Source of the DNA: Mizuhopecten yessoensis
Lineage: Eukaryota
NCBI RefSeq assembly: GCF_002113885.1
Contig: NW_018407074.1
Location: 453,948 to 517,947, forward strand
DNA: 64,000 nucleotides
Direction of reading: 5' to 3'
Shown here: in pieces, positions 1 through 13,900 of the stretch
Layout of the letters: each line of letters begins with the position of its first letter
Position numbering within the stretch: position 1 is the stretch's first letter
Made by a program: the position numbers and the translations under genes
The notes under the pieces: model-generated
Told to the model about the DNA's origin: nothing
Seen by the model: the letters and a program-made list of their open reading frames with translations, nothing else
Databases searched by the model: none

Positions 1-600
1 TACTATTTTATGGAATACTTTGGAAGAAACCATACGAACCAAAACAAATGTTCTGGCTTTTAAAAAGGCATATCTGGCCAATTATTTAAAAATACTAGAT
101 CATGAATACCATGTGTTACCGGCGGACCAAGTAGGTAGGGGATTCCTAATCACTGGGAAACCGAGTACTATATGGTATATACAAATGTACTATATGTATA
201 TTTTAAAGTACAACATTTGAAATTATCCCTATAGTTCTGTTTATTATAATTTCCTGAGATAATCCTTATATTACCCTGTGATAAATATATGTATGTATTG
301 ACTTGTAATATGCTGTGATATTTTCTAATGTTCTTAATGCAATTCTGTGATATTTAGTGATACAATATAATAGGTTGTCTTAATAATGTATTGTACTATT
401 TAACTACTTTTTCTATTTTATTGTATGTCATATGTCTCTGTATGCGTGATGTGCTGTTGTTTTATGTATGTATATATAATGTGCTTTACAGGGCCATATT
501 GTAAACTAGATGAAAATCTAAATATGTTACCCTGTCTAAATAAAAGAATTTATTATTATTATTATTATTATTATATTATTATTATTATTATTATTATTAT
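1..600 (+). mobile_element. 3' end of a CR1/L2-type LINE (RT C-terminus, 3' UTR, (ATT)n tail)
   Basis: Frame reads ..ILWNTLEETIRTKTNVLAFKKAYL, resembling the LWNxLPxxIR..L..FK motif at the end of CR1/L2 ORF2; followed by AATAAA (~539) and an (ATT)n microsatellite tail at ~549-600. Confidence 0.55.
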
Positions 601-1169
601 ACGCTTTGAATGGATTTAAAATGTATTGACCCTGTAACCTTTAGTGTGAAAGGTACCTACAAGGGTTCGAATGATCAGCTGTGATGGGTCATAGGCCAAA
701 CTTGATTCTGGTGTGCCGGTCGTGCTTGCCGGTGGCAAGGCGGTACAACGACTTGATTACATTGTGTGTGCGTAATATGTCGGTCGGCAAAAATATAAAC
801 CAGATTTGAGAGGCAGGCAAAGCGGCACACCAGACGGTAACCGATATAATTGCCTGGACATGTGTACATATTTTTGCTTTCTTGATCGTCACCAGCACAT
901 ATACAATTATTGTTGATTCATGTTTTACACTTATAATGTATCCTTCAACATTTGTATATCAATTCCCTGCTGTAACATGAAATTACTTTGCAAAGATTCG
1001 AGAGGTTTGCCGTGATGTAAATTATGGTTGAACTTATGTGTTATGGTCTTGTCTTAAAACCGGCACTACGAGTGGGAATGGTGCTTTACATAGGTTCGAG
1101 TGAATTGTCGGGGTAAGCTTTAGCCTTGAACGGTTCGAGTGAATTGTCGTAGTGATCAATACTTTAAAA

Positions 1170-2410
1170 TATTGGCTATGTTGTAAAGGCACTTCACCAT
1201 GATGTCAGAACAGATGTGTGTCATTATTGGCTATGGTGTAAAGGCACTTCACCATGATGTCAGAACAGCGGTCGGTCATTATTGGCTATGTTGTAAAGGC
1301 ACTTCACCATGATGTCAGAACGGATGTCTGTCATTATTGGCTATGTTGTAAAGGCACTTCCCCATGATGTCAGAACAGTGGTCTGTCATTATTGGCTATG
1401 TTGTAAAGGCACTTCACCATGATGTCAGAACAGTTGTCTGTCATTATTGGCAATGTTGTAAAGGCACTTCACCATGATGTCAGAACAGCGGTCGTTCATT
1501 ATTGGCTATGTTGTAAAGGCACTTCACCATGATTACAGAACAGTGGTCTGTCATTATTGGCTATGTTGTAAAGGCACTTCACCATGATGTCAGAACAGCG
1601 GTCGTTTATTATTGGTTATGTTGTAAAGGCACTTCACCATGATGTCAGAACAGTGGTCTGTCATTATACATGGCTATGTTGTAAAGGCATTTCACCATGA
1701 TGTCAGAACAGTGGTCTGTCATTATACATGGCTATGTTGTAAAGGCATTTCACCATGATGTCAGAACAGTGGTCTGTCATTATTGGCGATGTTGTAAAGG
1801 CACTTCACCATGATTACAGAACAGTGGTCTGTTATTATTGGCAATGTTGTAAAGGCACTTCACCATTATGTCAGAACAGTGGTCTGTCATTATTGGCTAT
1901 GGTGTAAAGGCACTTCACCATAATTACAGAACAATGGTCTGTCATTATTGGCTATGTTGTAAAGGCACTTCACCATGATGTCAGAACAGATGTCTGTCAT
2001 TATTGGCTATGGTGTAAAGGCACTTCACCATGATGTCAGAACAGCGGTCGTTCATTATTGGCTATGTTGTAAAGGCACTTCACCATGATGTCAGAACAGC
2101 GGTCGTTCATTATTGGCTATGTTGTAAAGGCACTTCACCATTATTTCAGAACAGTGGTCTGTCATTATTGGCTATGTTGTTAAGGCACTTCACCATGATG
2201 TCAGAACAGTGGTCTGTCATTATACATGGCTATGTTGTAAAGGCATTTCACCATGATGTCAGAACAGTGGTCTGTCATTATTGGCTATGTTGTAAAGGCA
2301 CTTCACCATTATTTCAGAACAGTGGTCTGTCATTATTGGCTATGTTGGAAAGGTATTCCACCATGATGTCAGAACAGTGGTCTGTCATTATTGGCTATGT
2401 TGTAAAGGCA
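1170..2410. repeat. 55-bp minisatellite, ~22 copies
   Basis: Unit ATTATTGGCTATGTTGTAAAGGCACTTCACCATGATGTCAGAACAGTGGTCTGTC; starts at 1223 and 1278 give period 55. Confidence 0.95.
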
Positions 2411-2605
2411 ATTTTTTTGATGGTGATATTGCATGTTTGTCTTTAGCTTAGTGGTACTTTACCACAGTCTGGGATATTTGTTATGGTGGGTTAATAGCTT
2501 TATTCCGATTCGAATGATTTATGGCTCGAAATATTCTTTACCAGGGTTCGAGTAATATGACATGCTTACTTTGCCAGGGTTCGTGCGATTTGTCGTGTTG
2601 GGCTA

Positions 2606-2796
2606 TATTCCGTCCTTTCGTGTTGCAGAGTTATCTTCTCTTGTGAGCAGGTATTGAATGGTACGTCATTAGTTTGTGTGAGGGATTTTTCGTCGTTTTC
2701 TCAAAAATATTTGACGTTTTTTTCACAAACAAATGACGTAACAATCAATACCTGCTCACAAGAGCAGATCACTCTGCAATACGAAAAGACGGAATA
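2606..2796. mobile_element. Palindromic MITE, family A copy 1
   Basis: TATTCCGTCCTTTCGTGTTGCAGAGTTATC... / ...GATCACTCTGCAATACGAAAAGACGGAATA long terminal inverted repeats, TA ends; second copy at 19545-19712. Confidence 0.85.
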
Positions 2797-2831
2797 GCTT
2801 GAAAGGTATTTTACTAGGGTTCGAGTCATAC

Positions 2832-3227
2832 CATAGTCCGATAGTTTTGTTCTCCAGTCTGCTGTCCGTTTATGTACACTTTGTTCTAGGTCGGGCGAAT
2901 GTTCATTATGATGTTGCCATGGTAATGATGACATGGGTGTGAAGAACCCGGCTATATATCCAACTCCAACGGAAAGCAACATGAGGGCGAACACGGCGGC
3001 CACCGTCGTGGGTGAGCAACAGCTGTCGCGTGAGGAACTCTTGTATGGGGTACTGAAGGTGTAGCCATTTCCGTTCCTCAGTATGGGCGATGACCGTTTA
3101 GTGTCGTTGATACTTACTTCCGGAACAGATGTTTGATTGATTACAAGATTCTCTTTCTCGTCAAAATCGTCGTCCTCACTGTCACTACCAAAAGGCAGGA
3201 GGTGTTTGTAGTCTGCACCCTTTTTAC
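2832..3227 (-). CDS. Coding exon 2 of a single-pass (type II) membrane protein, possibly FAM234-like; gene continues off the left end
   Basis: tttacag acceptor and G|gtatga donor; open frame SKKGADYKHLLPFGSDSEDDDFDEKEN...TVAAVFALMLLSVGVGYIAGFFTP...DWRTKLSDY with acidic cytosolic tail and one hydrophobic helix. Family is a guess from architecture only. Confidence 0.7.
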
Positions 3228-3509
3228 CTGTAAAGGATTAAATAATCGGAGCCTTAGATAATACATGGAACTATATGGGTCCGTCGTACCTAATTGTCTA
3301 ATTGATTAAGATAGTCAATTCCATATTCTAGTGCACAAATTAATAGACATCGGATATAGCTATACAGCAAACACAATTAAAGGTGATAATAATGTTATGC
3401 ATTTAGTAGCTGGTTAATTGTGCATTTCATTAGTCTTAACTCGTGGTCAGTGTCAGAGTTTTATTTGAAAATAGTAGCTATGTAGCCGCAGAGATCTGTA
3501 GATCCAGTC

Positions 3510-4157
3510 TGTAACGTGTCGTGTGTGTGCCTCCGCAGCCGGCTGATGCTGACCGCGGGGTTAATTTAGCAGGATTTATGGCCAGTTTAACCTAGTCGTG
3601 TAGGGGTCAAATTTAGCAGGATTTTGCTAACTTATCAACATTTTTAATGTAGCAGGATTTTGCTAAGGGGACAGATTAACAAGGTAGTTAAGTTTGGGAG
3701 TAAGAGAGTAGTGTGGGGGAGTTGGAATAGAGGAGTAGTGTGGGAGAGTTGGAATAGAGGAGTAGAGTTGGAGAGTTGGAGAGAAAAGGTTGAGTTAGGG
3801 AGACCGAGTTGAGAGGTCTAGAGACATAGAGAAGAGTTAGAAAGTTGGAGAAATAGGCAGTTAGTAAGAATAGTAGTTTTAGCTGTAGTCTTAGGTCTGT
3901 GTAGTTTTACAGTTGATAGTAGGAGATTAGCTTGGAGTGGAGAGATTGCGTTCACAATGGTGAACACTTACAAGTATATTCTATGACGGATTAAAATACT
4001 TGTGTTGTAAATAAAGTATAAATATCAATGTACTTATTGTGTTGTTCAATCAATTTGAACTGGTGGCAACGGCAGAATTATTACAGAAAATAACACGGTG
4101 GAGTAATATAGAAACGTAACACTGGCGGCAGTGGGTGGATAATATTACAACGTAACA
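3510..4157 (+). mobile_element. Possible LTR relic with PBS-like motif
   Basis: Begins TGTAACG, ends CGTAACA (at 4120 and again 4157), AATAAA near 4010, purine-rich internal repeats, TGGCGGCAG/TGGTGGCA PBS-like motifs; no TSD found. Confidence 0.4.
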
Positions 4158-4693
4158 ATAATCTGAAGAAAAAGAAAAATCGATTTTATTACTTTTCATC
4201 AGAGATATTTAAAACAGTATACGTCTCTAAAAATGATGTCGCGGTGGCTTATATGTAAGACATGCCATCAAACTCTGTCGAAATATTGTACAATCTTTTC
4301 ATATGATTTTTTTTGCCAAAATGTACTTGTTTTTTTTTATCTGCGTCATTCTCCTAAGTAAACAGCCAGAGTTGATTGCTTTTACATCAAATATCGGCAC
4401 GGCGGTTTGTAATTTACTTGAATGCCTAGACCTATTTGGTTCCTAAATGAATGTAAATACAAGTCCACTTATGGTCATATCAGAACGACGATTCTTTCTC
4501 TATTCACACAGCGTAATTTAAGATACAGACAATGTGCGTATTTAAAAATATTTTTTTAGGAAAAAGGAAATATAATTGCGTATTTGAAGCTATGTAAAAA
4601 ACGTTATTGTGCATAGTAAATTAAAAAGAAAATGCATATTTATGACAAAATTATTTGATAGGTGTATAAAAATCAACAAGAATTAAACCTTAC

Positions 4694-4700
4694 TTGGCAT
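4694..4700 (-). CDS. Start-codon exon (ATG CCA A|gtaag) of the membrane protein gene
   Basis: ggaaccATGCCAA followed by gtaagg donor; phase 1 matches exon 2 (A+GT = Ser), giving MPSKKGADYK. Confidence 0.6.
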
Positions 4701-4934
4701 GGTTCCTTGGACAGCCTTACTTGGTCCGGTTTAGAACGACTGGTCAATGTACATCCCTATACAACTCCTTATCGCGAGGAGTTTCGATAAGAGTGTCACT
4801 GCTTACAGAGATAAGTGTGTGGTCAAGTTGAAACATCTTGACCATTAGCTATAAACCTATATATACGTCTTTCTATTGGATGATTGCTTTTTAAGTTATT
4901 TGACACGTAATAATGTGTAAGGAGGCAGCACCCA

Positions 4935-5322
4935 AATCGGATCAGTACACAAATCGGATTACTTTTTGGAAAAATACTTATAAATAAATGTGTCAACAAA
5001 TCAGTTATAACAATGATGTAGTCTTAGAATAGAAAGCCATGCAACATTTGTTGTCTACAGATGATTAGTTTTTAAGTTCAAATAGCACAAGAAAACGTAA
5101 TTCAAACTCAAATTCAGTGTTTTTATCACGTTTTTAAAAAATAGCGCGTATGACGACTATGTATTCTGTTTTGGACTATAGGAATAAATTCACACTATAG
5201 AAATACTTTTTGTCATATAAATTCTAAAGGTCATCATAAAATGTTAATATACTGACAAAAAATAATCATTTGAAGCGCAAGATACTGCAAAATTCAAGCC
5301 TTGATCCGATTTGTGTCCTGAC
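4935..5322. mobile_element. Degenerate MITE-like element
   Basis: ACACAAATCGGAT near 4947 is inverted against ATCCGATTTGTGT near 5304. Confidence 0.4.
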
Positions 5323-5439
5323 ATTCGCAAAAACCGGAGACGCTGATTGGTGACTTCATAGCGTTCTATAAATATCTCAAGTGAGCCCCGGGTGCTAATT
5401 TCGCTTGTAAGAACTCCCATCGATATTCTTCCATTGATA

Positions 5440-5760
5440 CAATTCAAATTCAATTCAAATTAGTTTATTATAGTGTCACATGTAAAAGGTACAGGTATTA
5501 CAATCTCTAAAATATGTCTACTCACCCACCCTTACATCCAGTCTATATTAGACTTATGAGACACTCACTCTTCCCCTATCATTCTAGACTGTAAAGTATT
5601 ACATATATGTACATACTTATGAATTTTAAAAAACCCATAAATGAATATAATTCCTCCTCAGATTTTTCAATGATTTGATAAAATGATGGTTTGGTGATCA
5701 GATTTGGGTACTATCACCTTATACAGTTTGAGCATTTCATTTTTGGTGGTGACATGCTTA
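5440..5760 (-). mobile_element. Possible truncated LINE 3' end
   Basis: On minus strand: AATAAA followed by (TTGAA)-like tail at ~5443-5468, preceded by a decayed reading frame. Confidence 0.3.
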
Positions 5761-7762
5761 AAGCAGCATACTAGGCACAAAGTGAAGTTACACAAAGTAA
5801 AAGATAGAAAATATGCAATTAAATATTTCAACAAACTGAAAATAGAAACATCAAATGTTATAGCAAAGTCTTTGGTAGAGTTCAATATAAAAAAGTTCCA
5901 ATGTCAGATACTAGCAGGGGATAGGGTGGTGTCTTCTCCTCCCGTATGTAGGGCTGGAAGGCCTCAGCATGGAAAAAGTCTTTTCTTGCACAGCTGCTTT
6001 TTTCAAGGCATTTATCACATGAAATTATAATTGATTAAATCAGTTATTCATTGATTAACTTTTCGTTATTCATCTGTTCATGTCTGGCAGACCAGCGATA
6101 TGTTTATTTAGATCACGAGGACAGCACCCCCCCCCCCCCCCCCCCCCCTTTAAAACTGGATTTTATTTTATTGATAGTAGATTGAATTTTAGAAACGATA
6201 ATATCCCTTGAGTATAATGGTTCACCTGTGTTATTTGTGACGGTCATAACACAAATATATAGCTTCTATATGCTTCCAGTATACAATTTGCTGGTCCCTT
6301 TCGACCTCTGGACTATTGACGTTTTTGAGACAGTCAGCTTCAAGTTCGTTGCGAGCCGCCGCCGATGTACGATGTAAAACGACCGTCTACGAGCTAGACG
6401 AGATCGTGTAAAGATGGTAAAATGAACCCGCGTATCGGGTCACGACAGTGCATATTTAAATGTACTCTAAAAGATCACATAACCACTTGTAAAACTATCA
6501 TTATTTGATACGCCAGAGTCCACGGTTGCATACAAATATTTTATCAAAGGGATGCCAGGATACGTTGATTGATGCGTAAAATCAAGATTTTCGCCAGTCT
6601 AATTCCGCGGTATAACTCTCAACTTCTACCTTTTACAAACAAAACGGACTGTTATATATATAACATATAACTGAAGTTTTCTATTTGTGTTTCCATAGCG
6701 ACGCTTAATTATGGAATGTTAAGATTTGGAACACGATCACATGTGCCAACCTCGTGCGCTTGTAAACGTGTATGAGTAGGAGGGACTGTACTGCTGACAG
6801 AAACGTGTATATGTACTATCAGTAATGTGGGTTTACTTATTATATATAAGACGTTCAGTATATATTTCTGTCTTCATTATTTAATATAGAAGAGGCAATA
6901 TACACATCCTAAATAAGGTATTTTTTGTATGTATATATATATAATATTCTCTATCGATCTCTAATAAAGATTTCAAGTGGTATCTCCCCCAGGCCTGATG
7001 CAACCGTACATTTGCTGATCCGACTGGATTATGCGTTGTAAAAATAACGTCATATCTCATTAATCAGTCTTAATAAATTTAATTCTAATTTTCTAAAGTC
7101 ATTCAAATTGAGATAAAGTAATATTTCGATAACATTTTATTTAGATTAACCACTGAAATCAGATAAAATCTAGACCGTGACTTAACTTGACGTTGCATTT
7201 CTGGAATAAGTTGTGAAACGTGTTATTCCTCCACAGCTGTACACATACTCACACACGTGATGCCTGTAAAGGTCACTTATAAAACCTATCAATAGTTCAG
7301 GGGGGAACGGCGTGATACGATACTTTTCTCATTAAGGCTCGAATCCGATCATATACATAAGCTTTCATGTAGTGAAATAAAAAACGTCAAACCCCATAAA
7401 AAGTATTTCGTTTGAATTTTTAGTGGATTAAAAATTAGTATCTCACAAATTTGATAAAAAAATTGGAACGATCTTTACTTTTTTTTTCGCAGACAGATTC
7501 CGTGGTTTTTCAAAACTAATGTAATGTTGTTGTAAAATGTATGGCCTATCGTTGTTGAGTGCTCTTGTCTTCTTTTAAGGATTTTTTTCACATTATGCTG
7601 GTTTCTCTTCAAAATTTGGGTCTTGGGCAAGTCTAATGAGATTTATAAATGAGCGCCCTCTATTCAAATTAAACAGGGAGGTAACTCGTGTAAAACAAAT
7701 TCACTGTGTGGCCTTATAACCTTGACCCCGGAATGACCTCAAAGTGACAGTTGTTCGGAAAG

Positions 7763-7907
7763 ATGTCGATGCGTCGGCGAAACAGTTTCTACAGGACGTT
7801 TAAGAACGTCTCACCAGAATATGATGACTATGTTAAAGACAGAGGATTAACTGCTTCTGCACAAAACAAATGGGTGTTCGAAATTGCATGGGAAGTTGCA
7901 AATAAAG
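7763..7907 (+). CDS. GYS: Glycogen synthase exon 1
   Basis: MSMRRRNSF...[13 protein letters not shown]|gtaatg donor. Confidence 0.92.
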
Positions 7908-10900
7908 GTAATGTCGGTCCGCACGCTCGATGTGTATTGGGTAACCTACATCAGTACATGTGGATCACCAGGCTATCACATTGTGTGTGCATGTTTTACT
8001 TGCTCATAAAGTTATTAATCGTTATATATTTAAAGACATTTTCCTATTGACACGTCCATGCTAGTTGCGAAACAGTTGTCATCTATTTTCTATTCATACC
8101 TATTTATCTGCGCTTTATTCTTACTCTTAGACATACTATGTGAGAAGATATTATTTGAACCAATTAACGTACAGGCCCAGTACACTGCCGATTGAGCGTT
8201 TCACCTATGAATTATAGCCGTATTGAGCTATATTTTCTCAGATTTCAATTTTCATTATTTAAAGCAAAGTCGCATAAAATAAGGTTTATGGTAATGTTGA
8301 CTACAAAAAACATACAGTTAAGATGTTTATTTTCATTTTTCATAAATGTAAAATTTCTGATTTTTTTACATCCTTATTTTTAAAAAAGATTACTCATATT
8401 TAATGTCTTTTGTTATCTACCTAATGATAAAATCTTCTTTTAAAATCGACTTTGTTTCGTTTTCCTTAAAAAAGAATATCACATGAAAATAGCTCAAAAG
8501 AACTACTGTATTTCAGATAGGTCAATAGAGCTAGTATAGGCTTTTCAGCTATATAGCTCAATCGGCAGTGTGTACTGGACCTGACGAAGACTTTGTATAT
8601 TGTCGACTTGGTATCATCGATATTCCGGACTGACTGTGTCAATGATCAAACAAAATAGTAAAATTAGCCTCAACCCTAAAATGCATAGTGCATTTGGTCC
8701 AAACTACATCATTTATGTACACATTGGGTCAGGTGGACTGCTGTACCTGAGGGTAAACGGCTTTTGTCACATACACAAATGTACATGTAGTAGCATCCCG
8801 AACTTCCAAGAAATGTTGCAAAGACTTTACTGTTCAGAGTTTAGATACGACCAATCCGAATGGCTGTATGGGTACAGCCTAGCCTTCAAAATTGCTAGGC
8901 AAAAACATGTCTTATGTACCTATTTTCCAATTGGCTTTTATTTATTTACATTGCATACGTCGTAGTTTCCAATAATGGCATGACACGACGGGAGAGAAAG
9001 AATATGTTACTTATCTTGGGTGTTCTTTGAAAGGGCTGATCTAATTCCCTCTACGCTTTCTGCGCACACTACTATATCATCCAGTTGGTTCCACTCAAGT
9101 GATGTTTTGATGAAGAAGGAGTTCTTCTATGCTTCCTGTTTGTATCCTGGGATGATTAATGGCATTGATTTGTTGACAATGTTCCTGTTTAATGTTGCTG
9201 ATGTTTCATAGTTCACATAACGCTTTGTGTTTGTTTTTCGCGTCCTTCCAGAGTGCTGGATTATCTGATGTGAGGGTAGGGCTGGTATAAACCCCTCAAC
9301 TACTTTGTACATGAATACTAGCCGCTGTGATTTCCTTCTGTTTTGTAAGGTTGGTAGTTCAGGTGGCTTTTATAGGGTCAAACAGTCATAAAACAGATTG
9401 TGGTGGACAGGGAGTGTAGATTTATAGAGGACCTGTCACCATAAACTTATCATGACACAAGATTAAATTGTTATAATGTTTAGTAGTATTCGGATAATAA
9501 CCAGGTAATGAGTTAAGTTGAGAAAAATGTATTAAATTGATTATCAGATGATATATTCCCATGAGAAAATGTAAGTTGTTTACTGGAAGTATGATTATCA
9601 CTGGTATAATTGCTATAATTTATTTTAACAGTTGGGGGTATCTACACAGTGATCAAGTCAAAGGCACCTGTGACTGTGGAGGAACTGGGAGAGCAGTACT
9701 GTCTACTTGGTCCGTATAATGAGTCCTGTGTCCGTACTGAAGTCGAGCTGCTGGAGCCGCAGACTTACATGTTCCGAGAAACGCTGCAGACTATGCGAGA
9801 TGCAGGCATTAAGGTGCCAATCTAACTCTCCACCTGAAAGCCATATATCACAAAAAAGTTTAGTTTAAACTGCCGTAAACCACAGACTTTTTAATCTAAT
9901 TCTGTGCCTAAACAAACTGAAAAGCTGTGATTCAAAGTGATATATTCTGCAGATCTGTTTCCTTCATTAATCAATTGGTTTTGTTCATTCAGAAGTCATG
10001 TGTTTTTGGCAATCTCAGAATTTATGGACGTTTTTCTTGCTTTACAATTTGGAATCAGTGAAGCAAACTCTTTTGTGTCAAGCTCCATATTAATAACTGT
10101 TTATTTTGGATGCAAATTGTTGCGAAAGTATTGATTTCCATCACTCACAACAGAGACGTATACACATTCTGGCTTTATATCACATGCAGTCTATGCTCAC
10201 AATAAGCATTCAAATTACTGAGACAATGTTTTTATATATATATTTTACATAATATCCTGAGGAATCAAAATAATTGAATATTTTATTTGAATATAACCAT
10301 TAAGTATCAACTTCCTTCCCCACCCAAAAAAGTTTCACCCTTAAGTTTTCTTTGAATTATTTTTTAATTTTAATACAAGACATCTTTATCCTTATCCATT
10401 TCTATTACATGTATTATGTCAGCAAACTACCTACGCAATTTCTATTTAGATATGAACAGATTATTTCAAGAAAAATGTTTGGATGATAGATAATTGATTA
10501 TTATGATAAAAAATCAGTTGAATAGGCTCGCCAATGACAAAGATTACATTATTAATAGATAATTGATTATTGATGAAAAGCCATAAATAAAAATTTGTCC
10601 TACATAAATTTATCGTCAAAATGCAACTAATAGGGTTGAGAACTTATATATGCATTCCATTGAGTTACAATACTACTATTTACCAATTATTAGCTATTAT
10701 TACGCCGGTTAATGATGTACATGTATTTCATTTGTAATCTTCTAGTAAGATGGTGCTAAAACACTTTCTAAGGGAGATAACTCTTTTTAACACCTTTTAT
10801 ATTGTGTAGTACATGTATTAATGTAAGGTAGGATATATATCCTTATATTGTTTTGAGTTTAATTAATAAAGTATATGTTCAGGTTTATTTCGGAAGATGG

Positions 10901-13900
10901 TTGATTGAAGGATACCCAAAAGTGGTACTTTTTGACATCGGATCTGCAGCATGGAAATTGGATGAGTTCAAACACGAGTTATGGGAGAAGGCAAACATAG
11001 GAATACCTTGGCATGATCGAGAATCTAATGATGCTGTCATCTTTGGTGCGCTAGTAGCATGGTTTATTGGAGAGGTATGCTTGTGTAACAGGTTATATAT
11101 GAAAGACATTTTGTATGATTGGTTTTATTTCTAAACTTTAATTCTATGTTCTAAGTTCTAGCAATCGAAGGTCACTATGGATAATTTCCTTATTTAGGCC
11201 AATCCATTGCAGGAGTATGAAAACATATTATTTGCATTGAAAGAAAAATACTGTATTTTCCTCATTTAAAACACATGATCTAATTTACTCTTAAAACACC
11301 GACTACCTGTTGTGTTTGAACCAGAAAAAATCCCATTTTGTGGAGAAGCATGAAGATAATCATGAATATAATCATAACATATTTTAACTTCAATCCAGAG
11401 CAATATCCTTTCCACTGAAATATTTGTTTTGAGTGTCCAGATTCTATTTTTCGTACTGTCTTTGGTTATTATAGTCCCCCCTCCTCTGAATTTTAATTTC
11501 AATTTTATGGTCATCACACGGGCTGTGTGTTGGCCTTTAAAAGCTATTTGAGGTTAACCAAAATTATTAAATCCTTCGTCATATTATCAGGTTAAAACCC
11601 TCTAATAGGGTCAGGTTTATTACAAAGATGACTGTTGTATACGTCATATCTGACGCACAGACTAGTTATTGGTCTTGCATAAGCAATTAACAATGTCAAT
11701 GGGAGTGTCATTACTCGGTAATAGACCATAGGCAAGTATACAAGAGCTGACCATCTGTGTGCCATCAACATACCCAGGAAATGTCACTATTAGTTTCTGG
11801 TTTCCATGCCCAGTTGAGCTTATCCTAAACCATCTTTTATCTAAAAGGAACAAGGGTAGTTTTCCTGATATTTCAATCCATATGTCCTTGTTGGGCATTG
11901 TCCATGTTGCCTATGAAAACCATCACTGTAATAAAATAGATGTAAGTGTGTTATCCACTTCGCTTCCCAACCATCTCTTTAGTCATCTCATTCTGAAGAC
12001 AAGAATCAATCAATGAGATTGTCAATATGGGAAATGAAATGCTTGGCTACATTGAACATTTTCTTTGTGATGGCACACAGTTATATTTATTTATTTCTTG
12101 ACAAAATTTCTGGGATATATCCCATTGTCACTATTAGGTTGTGATCATGACCGCTCTTGTTAAATGATCACTGTACTAATTTAATGTTATGTTTGACAGT
12201 TCAGGAAAAATTTAGATGGCAGTCCACTACTGATTACACACTTCCACGAGTGGCTGGCTGGGGCAGGACTAATCTACCTACGTACCAGGAAAGTGGACAC
12301 TGCTACAATATTCACTACCCATGCCACTCTGCTTGGGCGTTATCTGTGTGCTGGTAGCACAGATTTCTACAACAACTTAGAAAAGGTACGACCAGAAAGA
12401 GCAATTAAAGAAAAAGTGTAAATGTAGTTCTACAACAAATGTTTTTTAATGCTCTGAAATTACTTACTTACTTAATGATACTTAATGATATTTTCCAGCA
12501 AAGGTTCCATTCTAAGGATCCTCTTTGCTGGACTCATAAATGTTAAAAATTTAAATGTCAAACAGTAATATGCAAGGTACTCTTAAAGCTGCAACAACAA
12601 CAACAACTGAGATCACAACTTATTATATTTCAACATGGTAAGATTTACACACAGACCATTGAGCTACAATATCCAAATCTCTAAGATGAGTGTAGCTGTT
12701 GGATATACCACAATGGTGATGTAATGACACTTTTCTTTAGGTTATAACATAAACCATGCATTGATGATTTATGCATGCAGGTGCATTCGTTTTTCACCAA
12801 ATCCTGTCTATGCCACACTTTTACAAAGCCTCCCCTGTATTGCAAACATAAAAAAGTAAGTCGTGTATGAATTTTCTTGGATGAATTTACTTTGTGGAAG
12901 GAAAATATCCATGTTCATCATATTTAAAGGATTCTGCATTCTTCCCCCTTAAACTTGCACAACATGACCACTGGTTGTAGTTTCCAGAAATTATGACATC
13001 GGTTATGACATCAGCTTTAAAGTTTGAAAACAAGACATCACGTGACAAATGTTTGAATATGTAAAATAACAGTCCGATTCCAATAATTGGATGATCCTGA
13101 TCACATCTTATAGGCACTGAAGTAGACACAAAAGTAATTTCAATTTTAATTTCATGTGATAGAATAGATAAAATCAACGTATGTTGATATTTATAATGGT
13201 GAAATATATAACTCAGGTTTTGAAAAGTTTGACAATTAATTAACTTAGCTGGTGCAGTATCGGTTAATTTACCCCAAGACAGTTTCTTTTCCTTGCTATA
13301 TTTCACCATAATACATCTATATTAATTCTTCAGTAACTGTATGTGCGAGTTGTATGTGTTACAGTGTAGATTAATTCTTCAGTAACTGTATGTGTGGGTT
13401 GTATGTGTTACAGTGTTGAATAATTCTTCAGTAACTGTATGTGTGAGTTGTATGTGTTACAGTGTAGATTAATTCTTCAGTAACTGTATGTGTGAGTTGT
13501 ATGTGTTACAGTTTAACCTTGACAAGGAAGCAGGTGACCGGCAGATCTACCATAGGTACTGTATGGAGCGGGCGGCAGTTCACTGTGCTCATGTCTTCTC
13601 CACTGTATCCGAGATCACTGGTATTGAGGCAGAACATCTTCTAAAAAGAAAGCCTGGTAAGGGACTAGGGAGATTTAACTCATTCACCCCTGAAGACACA
13701 TTTAAACTCTTTTAATTCAATGGTTGGAATAGTTTATTATGGAATTTCAGGGGTGAATGAGTTAAACACAGACTCACTATGTATTTGTAATAAAATGACA
13801 TTGCCACTGAATTTTGTTTTCATAAAACATTATTTCTTTAACAAATATTTTCTGTAAGAGTTAATAGTCAATTGTTGTGGAAAAAACTCAAGTCTGTTTT

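Noticed and set aside
675-898. GC-richer ORFs as the next exon of the membrane protein gene
   Set aside because: No convincing acceptor/donor pair or recognisable protein motif
2030-2446. 138-aa ORF
   Set aside because: Translation of the 55-bp minisatellite cycling through frames
6126-6147. Poly-C tract (also 57107-57121 with an N)
   Set aside because: Simple homopolymers with unreliable length and no supporting context
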